The position numbers and the translations under genes were made by a program. From NCBI RefSeq assembly GCF_037042905.1, contig NC_087252.1, forward strand, positions 18,540,001 to 18,604,000: a DNA stretch of 64,000 bases, read 5' to 3'. This document shows, in pieces, positions 12,901 to 27,900 of this stretch (position 1 is its first letter; every line of letters begins with the position of its first letter). This DNA comes from Lytechinus pictus (taxonomy: Eukaryota). The notes beneath the pieces are model-generated. The model made no database searches. It was not told the origin of the DNA and saw only the letters and a program-made list of their open reading frames with translations.

Positions 12901-15900
12901 TTTGGTGTTTTAAAAAGCACATTTGCTCTAATAAAAATGCTGATAGTTTAAAAACAAGCACATGAACCCCTATTTTTTAATGTTTGTATCTCTTAGGTAT
13001 ACCTTTCTCTACAACTCTGCAAATTTTTGTGAAAATGACATGGATTTTGAATAATGTGCAGCATTTATTGTACGTTAGTAGTTTGTTACTGAAATTTTAC
13101 ATTGTTTAGATTGGGATTTTGTTATCTTTTACGCCATTTAAGAACTTACAGTGCTGTTAAGCTTAAAATTGCAAACAAATTGCACTATAAATAGATTCTC
13201 CATTCTAACGATACAATCTAAGCACTTTTTGTATTAATAAATGGGATATGTATGTAACTAAACAATTGATGCGAGCGCGAAGTGCGAGAGGAAGAAATTT
13301 GAGATTTTAGACCTTAAAGCAGGACACTCTATTGATTTTTGTAATCATAAATATGATATAGTTAATTGGTATCATTAATAATGCGATTGTAAAGCGTGAG
13401 CAGACATTCTTGATATTCTGATGTGAAACTGGATAATTTAAGTACATTTTAAATAAAGAACATGCAGGCTATCGCGCATGTTTTAGATTTAGACCTAGAA
13501 TCTGGGCATTCTGAATACATTTGTTTAATGGAACATTATGGAATACACGTAGACATTATGAACTTGGCAAATCAAACAATGTGGCCACGCAGCATGAGCT
13601 TAAAATATGTAGACCATAAAATGGACATTTTACAGAGCACTTAAATTTGTAAATAAAAAAAAATAATGAAAGCTCGAACGAAGTCCGAGCTAAAATATGT
13701 TTTTTATATTGATTTAAAAATTTGTTCCATATCAGCCTATTGAGCAAGATATGAATCTCATCGAACAGGCAATTCTGGCACAAAGCGCAAGCATAGTAAC
13801 ATGAAAGATTTTTTTTTCAAGTCTTCCCCTCACATTATTTCATTCACTCGCCTTCCTCCCCTTATTTTCCTCTTCTTTTGTTTTCTTCTGTCTTTATTCT
13901 TCTTTTCTTTTTTCTTTTCTTCTTTCCCCTTTTTTTGCTCTGCCAATTTTTTTTGTGGGGGGGGGGGGGGGGGGTGCACACCGATTCTCAGGGGGGCACG
14001 TGCCCCCTGCACCCCCCGTAGCTACGCCACTGATGCACTGGCGTACCTAAGATTTTCCAAAAGGGGGGAAAATTTTTGGAGGATATTTCTCAGTGGGGGG
14101 GCACGTCCCCTGAATCAGTTGTGATTCGTCAGAGGGGCAGTCTGCCCCCCCCCCCCTTGGTAAACTAGTGGTTCCATGCTGATACAGCGTAGATCAGAGT
14201 CTAGATCTAGAGACTAGACTCGAACTAAGATAATTTTTTTAGACCTAGGACTGGTTTTGTATACGGACTAGACAAACCATGGAAAATAAGCTAACATTTG
14301 TCTAAACCTAATTAAACGTAAAGTTCGGTATTAACCAGTTCGAATTTAACCATGGCATATTGGCATTAGTCGGCTATTCAGCGTTGTAGTCAAGGCTCAA
14401 ACCTCCAAGGCCAAGGCTTCAATACCAAAGGCCACGGCGTGGAAACCCAAGGCCAAGGCCTGAAAACCTCACGGCCAAGGCATTTCAAATTTACGATATA
14501 CAGAACAATGAACTAACAATACTTAGGCGGCAGACAACACACATAGTAAAATGTATGTGAGCGAGGGGACTGAGCAAGAAAAAATTTAACCTTTGCACAT
14601 TTAAAACAAAAATAATTTCATGATGGAGATATATTAAAATAATTATAGTTACCTGTGTACACATAATCCATAATTTTTCTAGGCGATTACATGTATTTTC
14701 AAAATGAGATTATGAACTGCGTGAAGTAATTGTGTGTTTTGTAGAAATTAAGTTGAACAAAGGCTTTCTAAAATGATTTTTAATTATGAGATAGATATTT
14801 TGATTTAGGTTTTGCTTCTCAGTGACAAAGCCTTGCGAGCAAGCGGTTTTGAAAAAAAAATCAATTCTGAAGTTGTAAAACTTGATTTATGGTCAATTAT
14901 GGGGCTAAGCATCCTTGCGCAATGTTGCCAGCGCAAACCACCAGCTAAAACTTCTTGACATGTCGTGTAATAAGACATAGAAATTAAATATTCTGAGCTG
15001 GTTTTGTAATCATGAAAAAGATGTCTATCTAACTAAAAAATAACTTTACGCTACCTAAATTTTTTTGATATACTGACCAGTAAAGGAAGCAGTTAATTAC
15101 TGCATTTTAAATAGGATACATACTCACCAATAAAAATAATGCGAGCGCAAAACGCGAGCTCAAAAATTTGTGATATTCCAACCTGAAAACTGGACATTCT
15201 CAGCATTTTTTTTGTGAACGGAAAGAGAACGAGTACAATAATTGATGCGAGTGCAGGAAGCAAGCCAAAAATTTGTGATATTCCAACCATAAAGCAACAT
15301 TTTATACATTTTTGTAACCATGAGCAGGATTAGTACTGCATGTACTAAACAATAATTGATGCAAGCACGATTCAAAATCTGTGATTTTCGAACCTAAAAT
15401 GTATTATGTTTTATTATTAAATAAGGTATATTTCTTTTTAAAAAAGGGCATATTTCATTTGAAAAAAAAAAATCCTACAGGGAATTTTTATTTAGGGGGG
15501 GGGGGGGGGGACAAGAGAGCACAAAGCGCGAGCTAAAATTTTCAAATGCTTAAACTGAAAATGAATCATTTTTAGGACTCTTGTCAGTTTTCATATTTTT
15601 TCTGCTTACAACCACTTTTATATTTTAATTCTCATTTCTTGTATCTTCTACACTTATTTTACCTTAAAAAACAGAATAAAGAATACTAACAAAATAATAA
15701 AGTTATATTCAAAAGGTTATAAAAGAAACAGGGCGCACCACATACCCTTAGTTAGGAAAGGGTAAATCTTAATTATTTTTTTAAGCAGTTAATCAATCAT
15801 TAATACTTACTGATAATATTAATAATTATTAATTATACCATTATTATTTTTCTTATTAATTATTATTTCTTGAAACCATATTGACACAAAAACAAATACG

Positions 15901-18900
15901 TTGCTATATATATAGATCTAAGCCTGTGAGGCCTATGTAACCGGTAATTTGACGATGCTAATTCATTCTGAGCAACTAAACGTGAATGCTTACGACCGGC
16001 ACTGGTCGAGGCAAAGTCCACGCGCATGCGTACTCTTAATCAGAAGACGCAATTCATGAATATTCATATGTTGGTCCAGAACTCGGTGGGAAAAATAATT
16101 TCGCCCCCCGGCGGCCTCTCGAGCTCTAGGAGGGGTCAAATGTGGCTTTGGAAAGTCGTCCTCAATCGGATATATCGCTGTTACCATAGTAGCAACCAGA
16201 ATTTTGCACACGAAACGCATATTGAATGTTTCCGTCGCAGATGCGAAACGAAAAAAAAAAATCTCATGTCAAACAATATACATTGCAGGACAGAGTTTTA
16301 CGACCACGATGACGGACCCAAAAAGTCTCTTCCAAAATCAACTACCGACGGTCGTAAATAAGCGTGCGCGTCCTCAAACGAAAGGTCGGGATTATGCGTC
16401 TGACGCCCTTGGCATAATTGGGACCTTTCGCAATCCTCACGGACGCTAATATTAGGGTCCCCTAACGCAAAAGTTAACGCTTAATCATACACTTGATTTT
16501 TAAGATTGATTGTGCATTATAGTCAATAGAATCAAACGTAGAAAACTGCTCTACAATCAATGCTAAGCTTTGTGTTACAGGGGGGTTACAGGCCCCACAT
16601 ATCTGCCTTTCGTGTGCAAAATCCTTTTCCGCGACACCCGCACCATACATGCATGTAAATTACGACTGATGGCTGGAGATATTCGAAATGCAGGACCTAA
16701 AATAGATTATGACATGGATAAGAAAGTGTTTTTTCAAACAAATCGAGTACATGTTGAGTTAGGAAAAACTTACTGAATGAAGGCTTAGATATAGATCATT
16801 ACAGTCCATCGAATCGATATTACATTTAATGTGGATTATTGGTGGATCACTGGCAATTGATTTCATGGGTCAGATCAACCTCTCCAGCCGAACATTTCGC
16901 GTGCGTTGATATGTGCACAGCATATGCAATACGTTTGAACTGTTTCTTTTTGTTTCTTTTGTTTCTATTGTTTACTCCTTCTACACAAACGATATGCCTC
17001 TCGCACACGATGTAATGGGCATTATGTTTTACTTTCTCCACAAATGGGGGATTAGATTCAAATTTCGGGGGGACCACTTCCTTTGATGAGTGGATACCAG
17101 GCACGACCATGCAGTTTCGAAAAATACCCTAAACAAGGAAAGCAATTATTTTTCAGATTATGAAAATGCATCTCTTAACAAGTATTTGGCTTGTGAAACC
17201 CTACAAGTATTGGATATATATCCCTTTTTCAGCATTTTAAACATCGTTTTGACACACTTATAACGTTACATAGGCCTATATATACGTAACGTACTTGCCC
17301 ACTCTGTCCCCTTTTACGCGTGGTTGCTCCTGGTATCCACTAATCAATGGAAGTGGGCCCCCCGGTGGCCTCTCGAGCTCTAGGAGGAGTCAAATGTGGC
17401 TTTGGAAAGTCGTCCTCAATCGGATATATCGCTGTTACCATAGTAGCAACCAGAATTTTGCACACGAATCGCATATTGAATGTTTCCGTCGCAGATGCAA
17501 AACGAAAAAAAATCTCATGTCACACAATTTGCATTGCAGTACAGAGTTTTACGACCATGATGACGGGCCCAAAGAGTCTCTTCCAAAATCAACTACCGTC
17601 GTAAATAAGCGTGCGCGTCCTCAAACGAAAGGTCGGGAATGTCGCAATCTGCGACATTATGCGTTGCTGCGACATTATGCGTTGGTGCGACATTATAGGT
17701 TGTAACAAGCCTTTCCTGTATTGCCTCATCTTGGTCACGGTCTAATGATTTTAACAATCAAATTAAAAATAAAATGGGTACATATATAGGAATAAGCTGG
17801 ACAAAATAAACTCATGGAAATGCATGTAAATTTCCAAATCTGAAGAGTCTAGCATTTAAAGAAGCAATTCAAATTCATTTATTTCAAATCTCTAAAAATA
17901 AAACATACAAGATACAATACATCGAGATCAAATCAAAATTATTCCATAGTAATGGAGTAAATAATAAATATTGTAAAAATCATGACAAAATAATAGTGTA
18001 ATGAATGTGGTGTGAGGGAGTAGCAAAATCCAAATAGACCTATCTAGGCTACTTCCTGATTAACATTTTATTACTGAAACATCATGCAATTAACTTATTA
18101 GATTGCAAGAAGCATAGATTTCAACTAAAATACAATAAAAATCTAAAAGCATACGTTTACATAGAGCAGACAAGCTTATTCATTGAGAACATGGTGAATT
18201 ATACATATTTAGAAGGTAAGATTTTCATTTTACTTTAACTGAATTTAGCGAAGGACATTGTTTTATTTGGAACATTTTATGGAACGTGTTTCATACATAA
18301 CTTCATTTATGTTTTAGGTAATATAGAAATTGCGTGAATGTACAGCTTATAAAACATCGTACATAGAAATGCTCATACTGATTATTTCAATTAACTTTAT
18401 CTTATATTTCAGCAATAATACTATTACTTGCAGTCACAAGTGTTTTCATCACAGTATATGTGGTAAAGAGACGGAATAAACGTAAGTAATGTCTTTTTTT
18501 AATTTGTATTTTTTCTTCATCACGAAAGACTTTATTTTCAATAGAAAGTTGATAATTAGTTTAAAAAGTGATTATATTGCTCATGAACGAAATAAGTCAT
18601 TGGAACATCATGTGCCTGAGATTTAAAATAGTTTAATGAAAGAAATGAACATCATTGATGTTGGGTAGCGACTAGTTGTCTGTAGTGCTGATTTTTTTTT
18701 TAAATCTGTTTTTCTTTATAGGAAAATACGACAAGGTTCCAACCATGGTTATGGTCTATAATCCCCAAAGACATGGTAAGATTTTTTTTTACAATATTTT
18801 TATATGAACTATTTAAAGGTGTACTGTACATAGTTGTATGTCATTTAACAATAGTTATTGAGTCTTAAGTTGATTGAAACAGAATGTGAATGAAATACAG

Positions 18901-21900
18901 ACTGTCAAAGTGGATAGAAAAGGGTTAAAAAATGCTTAACCTGATCGAGGGTATTTAATAGAATTCCAAACCAAATGAAATTATGATTTTTTTGTAAAGT
19001 TGTGAATATGGCGGAAATACAGTTGATCCCGCATTAGGCTTTACATAATGTTACATACCTAACAAGTTTGCCTTAATTGTTGAGGCTGAAACAGAAAAAA
19101 CACAATATGAAGAAGTAGGTTTATATTCACAATATCAATTGGGCAGGTAACCAAAACTTGATCTTTAAAATGAAAAGTAAATACTTTTTTAGCTTTGAAA
19201 GTGCTCAAAAATTTCAATTCAATATTGCACATGTGCCTATTGAAAGAATTTGTGGAGAGAAATGTATGAATCAGCTTCAATATAATTTCCTCACTTTACA
19301 CCCACCTATAGATCTTATTTCATACATTGAGCTGTGGAAATTGGTGGAGTTTGGTACCAAAGAAGGCATCAAAGATGCCAAATTTGAAGAGGCTCTTCAA
19401 AGTCTGATGCAAGAAATTTCACTGTCGACCAGTGGAAGCAGAACCTGTTCAAAGACACCAACAGGCACTAATGGAAATTATTATGACAGGTTTTGTGACT
19501 GGAAAGCAAATTACGTTGGGAACTCCCAGAAAGAAGCCTGTCTAGAGGCATGTAGCAAAGCTGGCTGGAATTCAGTAGTTGACAAATTAAGAGGTAAGGT
19601 TAAAACAGACACCCCAAATATATGTTTTACAATTTCCCCATTTTGATATTCCATTCATTGATAAAATCTTCCGATCAATTCCACGAAGCATTATTTGCTG
19701 AAAGTCTTTTTTTAACAGACCGACTAAAAAGTTGTTCAAAACCTTACCTTAAGCTGGCCCATATTGCAACCTTGGCTCTGTAACTTATGATGATTGCATC
19801 CATGTAGTTCCTAAACTTATAATTGCCAAAACGGCCAATTTAAATAGCTTACCTCCAAATATATATATATATATATTTTTTTTTTATTTGCAACAATTTA
19901 TAACATTGGTCTTGTAATCTTGCATACTGATTGTACTGAAATTAACGTTAAATATTTTTTTAGATTATCTAGGGGAAATTATGTAATATGAATGTGATTC
20001 TCTCATTGTTTAGACTACTCTGAATCTACACGAGCTATAACATTAGAGGACCTAGAACACACACTGTGGCACAGTACTGCCAACACTGAGAATATCATCG
20101 CACTTCTCCAGGAACTTGGAGTGGTGCATAAACCCCTTGAAGAATGGAAGGACAGAGAGAAACGTGTCATCAAAACCGTGATGACTTTATTGATGCAATG
20201 GAGGAATACCAACAAGCATGGAAATCAAGAAGTGATGTTAAGCCTGGCACTTGAGGCAATCAACTACACACCAAGCAATTTGGATTTTTTCCGAAGTAAG
20301 GAAACGACTGTACTTAGGGTGTACAATAAAGGCCTACCTAAAATACAATGGATATGAAAGTGATCCAATTAATTGGTTCAGTAAAGCGTCGATCACAAGT
20401 TCGTGTGTTCAAATCCACCCTTGACACATGGGGCAGAATGTCATATATTTTTTTCCCTGATCAAACGCTCAAATGGGTAGGGGATGAGGGGAGGCAGTTC
20501 TAAAGACTGAATTGAACTAAATTTAAGAGTTATTTAACTTGTTTTATTTTTTATTATTTATAAAAAAAACATTTCATACGGCAATAATGATATCATCAAA
20601 TATCGAATCTTAAGTTGAAATTCTGTGGACGTTTGCTTTTATACTGCAAACGCCCGGAATCTATATATGTTCACACCAGAGAAGTGTTAAACAACACCAG
20701 TTTCATTTTGGTCTAACACCAGAAAGGTGTTTAAACAACACCAATTAGTATTAAAACGGCATCGGTTTGATTCCAAACTGGTGTTGTTTCAATACTTCTC
20801 TGGTGTCGACATATAAAGATTCTGGTCTGGTGTTAAATCAACACCGGCGTTTTGGCAGTGTAGGCCTTATTACAAAAAAAATAATTCTGAATAATAATAA
20901 TATAAAAACACATTCGCCCTATTAACGGTGCTCAAGGCGCTGTGCTTACAATGGAATTCACAAACACCTAACTAATTACACTCCACCGTTTGGCCATTCA
21001 ATAAGTTTTAGTTTTCAAACTGGCCTTGAGATGTTCTGCTGATCTACAGTCTTTTAGATTAGTTGGAAGGCTTTTAAATTGACGGGGAGCAGCTGATCTT
21101 GCAATGACCGATAGGTTTTGGAAATCAAAGATCGACAGTAAAATTATTAGAAAAGAGAAGACCAAAGCAACCAGGTTTGAGAGTCAAGAAAAAATGAGAT
21201 GCGTATTTCGCTAAATATCCAATGCGAACGCGAAGCGCGAGCTTTTGTGATGCAGACTTGCATGTGATTCAGTTCGCCTTTCGCCTCCCTGTCCCAGACA
21301 TTTGACAATAATATTAAGAAATAGCTAGTTAGGCCTAGTAATATTACAAAACATTGATGGGATTAAATGATTGTAAGAAGAGACAAATTTTCATAAAAAG
21401 TGAGAACTTCTTTACTACCTGATTTCTTTCAGCAAATAGACGAGTACTTTAATTGAAAATATTGATTAGGTCGTTCTTTATTCCCTTCAGTACCTGATAG
21501 CCAGAAATCTGAACCGGATGAGAATGAAATAAAGGAGCTGCTATTACCAGACTTGACATCACGACATTGCTCAATTCTGATCGACGCCATGGAGAACTAC
21601 GATAAGGCCAGTTGGTATCGTCTGGCAGTCAAACATGTCGGTTCGTCTAGGGAAGAATTTTGGATAGAAAACGTCATCGAGCAAAATAGGACATCCTTGT
21701 TCGATAGCCATCAAATGGTAAAAGATTGGTGGGCTGAGCAGAAGTGCAGCAATTACGAAAAGAGATTAAAGCTTCAACGTGCTGCTAAGAACATGGAAGA
21801 AGGTGAGAGCATTTCACATGATAATAATAATGATTATTTTCATTATCATTTATTAGCATTGATTATCATTGTAATTTTATTACATTTTCATTAGCGTTTG

Positions 21901-24900
21901 CCAATCTTCGATCATGCCCCTTGAAGGAAAAATCGGATATACAATAATAATTATAGGCGTAGATCTAGTTACAGTGCGTGATCGTTCAGAACATATTTCA
22001 AGATTTTTTTGAGGTGCTAGCTATTTAGAGGTCGCATTAATCAGGGAGAAAGACGCAGTATTATCTCTGACGATGTTTACGAGGATAGATATCTTCTCTT
22101 CAACCTCGTGGTGATAGCGGACGCCGCCGTGAACTTTTAAAGGTCGTATTACCGACGGACATCACTGCACTACTCTCTTACCTCCTTTATGATGATAGAC
22201 ACTTCTCTTCAACCTCGTGGTGATAGCGGACCCCGCTTCTTTTATATTTGTTCTTGGTTATCAAAAGTTAATTTCTGAAGATAGTAATAAATTGATTTGA
22301 AAACGTTAGCTCCCCAAAGCATTTTAATAACATGTTCCGAATCATCGCGCGTGCTTGCGACTTCTATTACATTTTAATTGCACTTGCGCCTTTAAGATGA
22401 TGCATTTTATTTAAGGCATTTGCTGGCTTAAAACGAAACTAGAATTTCAATTTCATTTTATTTGCCCAGCGTGTTTGTCCCATTGAAGACACCGTTAGAA
22501 AAAAAATCGCATCGAAATAAAAAAAAATCGCCAAAAATAAAAAAACCGAGTGATTTCGAACGCGACCCGAGTGATTTCGAACGCGAACGCGACCCGAGTG
22601 ATTATAATAAGCCCTCACAACAAACCTCAATTACTTGATAATCATACAGATCCCACCTCCCCCCGACCCCTTTCCCCCACTCCCTTTTCCTTATTTGTCT
22701 TTTCCCTATCGTTTTTTTTATTTTTTTTGTATCTTATTCTTTCTCCTTGTCCCCCGTCCATTGTTCTGTTTCTTTTGTTTTGTTTTTTGTTTTTGTTTTT
22801 GTTATATCATCCATGACCATGCATTTATCTTCCATATGTTCAGCGATTTTCCTACTATTTATGTTCCCTTGATTCGAATGATCATTTACCAAGTTTACAT
22901 TATATTACGTTATTTACATTATTTACGAATTCGAGAGATCAGCGTCCAACAAGCCTAGCTTCTCAGCTGGTCTCTCTTTTCATTTCACCCCTTTCTTTTT
23001 TAACATACACACGAATACTCATGCTTTTAAGAATGTTAAGTTTTATAGAATGAGGATATAAGTATCGTATTTTGTTCGTATAATTACCCAATCTTTGCAA
23101 ATGTAAGGTCGTTACTTTTGTTCATTTTTGTAATTGTATTTATGTATTTGTATTTATGTATTTTTGACTTGTATGTGAAAAATGGAAAGAAAAGAAATGA
23201 AATAAATCAATAAATCTATAAAAAAAAAAAATCTAAAAAAATTAAAGGAGAATGAAACTCTTGGAGCAAGTTAGCTTTTCTGAAAGCAGAAAAATCAAAG
23301 AATAAGATCAACAAAAGTTTGAGTAAAATAGGACTAGCAATAGAAGAGTTATGAGCATTTAAATGTCGAGACCACTAATGCTATGGAGATCCTCCCATTG
23401 GCAATGCGACCAAGATCTATGATGTCACAGATGAACAACTCTCCCCTTTTGGACACTGAAAATATACCCCAAAACATCTCTTTTTGCTCATTCTAATCAT
23501 ATGACAAACGATTCATCAATGATATAATGTTGTGAAACCTCTGTACTTGTCCTCTCATAGAGAGAACACCTCACCTTGTGATAGACTATAAAAGTGAAAA
23601 TATAAGTGAATATAAGTACTAAAGTAATGAGGGAGTTGTACGTGTGTGACATCACAGATCTTGGTCGCATTGCCAATGGGAGGATCTACATGGCATTAGT
23701 GATCTCAATATTTAAATGCTCATAACTCTCTTATTATTCATTCAATCTTCCTCAAACTTTCAACAATATGTTTCTTTGATTTTTCTCTTTGATAGGAATT
23801 CAGCTTGTTTCAAGGGTTTCATTCTCCTTTAAAAGCCCTTCGTAACAAACGAGTCTTTGTCGAAAATCGGTTACTCAAAACAGCAGTGTCGTCCTGGACT
23901 TTGGACAAACGACATAATTGCAATTTTTCATCCGGTCCGAATCTTAAGATGGTGTGTTGTCCCGATGCACCAATTTTCGACAAAGACCTCTCATCTGTCC
24001 ATTGTGATTTGGCCGGAATTTCCAATAGATTCTGAACGTTTCAAGAACCGTCAGTGAAGTAGATGCTCAAATACGCTTTTTTGGGGGGTAGGTGTATTAT
24101 TATTCGTACCATTATAATCAACATCGTTACAATTCTACCATAAGCATAATTTCATGGAACAAATATGCCAGCGGTTTGATCTTCATGCAATGCCTTGTCC
24201 GTCTAATGGATATTACAAAGTTTATTTTGCAAGGAAGTATTCACAAATCAAGACATTATTTAAAAAAAATATACATTTTTTTTTTGGATTTGGAATTTCA
24301 GTACCCCCCAAAAAAAAAAAAAAACCCCACGAAGACAACATTGCAATGAAACTCCTTGGTTGTACACACACACACACACCCACCCACACACACATACAGT
24401 GCGTATCAAAAAGAGTTTACACTTTTAAAAAGCCCTGGGAATTAAAAAATATACAACACGAAGGTAATTTTTTCACATATAATCTTGGGTTTGGGTCTCA
24501 TCTATCTAATGAAAGTAAAAAGTTTTGACAGAATGTTACACGTGAGTGAGCACTGTCCATTTTTGTAAAGCTCGCAGAAATCTGTTTGCACAGAAATGCT
24601 TGTTTTCACGCGGTGTCAAAGGGAAAGGGCGAAATCAAACTTACCCTGCGAAACATTTCTCATACATTTCCCTTGCACTTTTAGTCACTTGAAATAAAAC
24701 GGACACATTCAAGCATTTTGTTACATTGTTGCCACCTAAGTTCAAATTTCAACACTTAGTAAGCACAACCTTTAGCCTTTTTGTGCGAGCTGGATCTGAG
24801 GACATAACTGAATCTGAACAAAATTTTACATCAGACATCTCCAGCATTTTTTCACTAAGTTTTTATCATTTAAAGTGGGTTTACATTTCATTTTTCATAT

Positions 24901-27900
24901 AATACTTGTTTTTCCACACCTTTTCCAAGCTTTACAATGATTAACAAAATGAAAATCAAGCCTAAGCCATTTCATGTAAATCACAGCTCAGTGTAAAGCA
25001 AATATCGTCACGATGGCCTCGGTGTGTGGGGGAGTGGGGTGGGGCGCAGTGCCCTCTTCGAAGTGTTTTGGGCAAGGAAACATATTAAAAAGGTAAAATA
25101 TATCTTCAAATCAATTTTGCTAGCTAAATTTCACGTGTTCTTCATGATTAAGGTCTACTTTTATTATTTCAAAGTTCTGCGCAAATCATTTTTCACTAAC
25201 TTTTCAAAAGTAAGTGGTGCTCACTCAAGCGGAAATATTTTTTGATAGTTATATCGTCATTTGCTTAAATGGATCTGTACCAATATTAAAATGTAGAAAA
25301 ATCTTCCGGATATTACAAAATTTTACAGGATTTTTTCAAAGTGTAAACTTTTTTTTGATACGCACTATATATTGTCTTCATTCCTTTCACAACATATTTA
25401 TATTCAAGACTTGCCAAAACCGTTGTACCCACTAGCGTACCTACGGGAGGAGGGGGGGGGGGGCAGGGGGCAGTCTGCCCCCCTGACGAGTCACAACCCA
25501 TGCAAAGGACGTATTCCTGCCCCCCTGACGAGCTTGAAGACCTTTTTGGCCCCCTGACGAGCTTGAAGACCTTTTTTGCTCCCCCTGACGAGCCTGAAGA
25601 CTTTCTTTTTTGCTTGTCAATTTTTTTTCTGGTACGAAATCCTTTATTTGTGATTGAAGACTTTTTTTGCTTGTCAAATTTTTTGGCGGACGGCTTTGCC
25701 CCCCCCCCCCCTGTGGAAAATCCTAGGTACGCTACCGGTTGTACATGACAATAAATAAAATTTTTATTCAGATGAGCGTGGAAAAGATGTGACTTGGATT
25801 TGAATACTCCTTCTTAATATCATTAAAAAAATAATTTTTCCCATTTCTCTTTCAAACGGGATCACATATTGAAATAACGGCTCACGAAACCCCCTTCCGA
25901 AAGAAAAGTCAACAGGATGACGTGTCAACGTTTTTGAAAGTCGAGGGGAGGGGTGAAGAATTAACTTTGACCTGTTCAAAATTGTTTTGACGGTAAAAAT
26001 GGAAATATAATCTTGACTTCCTTTGGTGGTGGTCACAAGATTTTGAAATAAAAATGGCTTTCTTTTGGACACCCTGTTACGGCACATTTTGATAAATTAT
26101 GAAAATGTGCACTATACTAAAATATGCCGATAGTGCACCTATGCCGGACAGAATATTTGGTTACCAAAATGTGCAGTTAAAACGTGATGTGCCTGCACAT
26201 TCTGGACAATATGCACATTTTGGTAAGAACTTTAAAAAAATTGACTGTTTTAATAGAGTAAAGGTTGATAAATATTGTATTGGGTTAAAGACAAAGTCAG
26301 GGGTAGTATTTGTGTGTGTGTTGATAATTTACCTTTACGTCTAATGACCATGTCGTCTTCCGTTTATTGGTCCAATATAATTTTGTTCAAAAGTCATTTC
26401 GTCCGATAGCCAGTTAGTTAAAGAGCCACTCCGTGCAAAGCTTCTTCGTCTAATTGCAATCTCGTCCAATAGCCACTTCCTCTGAGAGCCATTTCGTCTA
26501 AATGCCTCTTCGTTCATGTTCAGTCATTAAAGACACATATTCCAATAGCCAGTTCGTCTAACTTCATTTCCAGTTGGTCCTATTGCCATCTTGGTCCAAT
26601 ACCCATTTCGGCCAATGCCCAGTTGTTCCAGTTCCCACTTTGTTTAATAACCGTTACTGGGGCAGGCGTAAATCCAGGTGGTGAATGGGTCCTCCAGTAA
26701 AAAAAGTGGAAGAAAAAGAAACACACCACAGTATAGGATGAACAACTATTATTAAAGGAAAAGGAAGCCTTTGGAACAAGATAGCTTGTGTGAAAACATA
26801 AAAATCAAAGAAACAGATCAATGAAAGCTTAGCATTTGAAGTTGAGATAATTATTGTAATGTAGATCCTCCCATATTGCCAATGCGACAAAGATGTGTGA
26901 TCACATGTGAACAACTTTCCCATTGATTTTGTATATATTTCACTTTAAAAAACGCCTATTTTATCGCATCTATTAGTAGATCATGAATTATTTCTATAGG
27001 AGGGTTTGTAATACAGATTTTCAAAGAATATATTATGGATAAAGAGTGTGTATCACCATATGAAAGAGAAAAAGGAGACATGTTGGGGGTATTTTATAGT
27101 CCATCAAAGGGAACATTTTTCACATGTGGCATCACACATATCTGTCGTATTGCCATTAGAAGGATCTCCATAGCATTAGTGATCGCAATATTCAAATGCT
27201 CATAACTTTCTCATTACTTGTCTGATTTTTCTCAAATTTTCGTTGATCTTATTTTTTGATTTTTCACTTTCCAGACGAGCCCACTTGTTCCAAGGATTTC
27301 ATTCCCCATTTAGACACAATTATTTATTAAGCCTATTTTGATAACATTGGGAAAGTCAATAGTTTTCTTAAAAAGGGTTGAATGTGTGTGTGTGTGGGGG
27401 GGGGGGGGGGGCGTTCACACCTGTTGATACCACACGACTACATAGGCTTATGACATTAGACCAAATGGCATTCGCCAAGTTGGCGTTGGACCAAATGGGT
27501 ATTCAGGGACCAAATATCAGTTATATCAAATGGGTATCGGACCAACTCACTATGTCTATTGGTCCGAGTGGGTGTTGGACAAAAGACATTAGATCAAATA
27601 AATATTTGCCGAACTGGCTTTTGGCACAACTAGCTATGGAGCAATTTTTTTATTGAACGAAGTGTCATTTTGCCGACTGCACATTTTGGTAATTAACCAT
27701 AATGTGCAGTAACGTGAACACCCTCCGCTGACCATACATCAAACCTGGATCATCCATTAATACATTAGTATTTCTGTGTTTTATCATTGTTTGGTAAATC
27801 TTTTTTTATATTCATTTATGTCAGCTGAGACTGATAGAATTGACGCTTTTGATGACAAGTGGCTAAATACAAAGAGGATCGAGCAGATTATCAACCTTGT

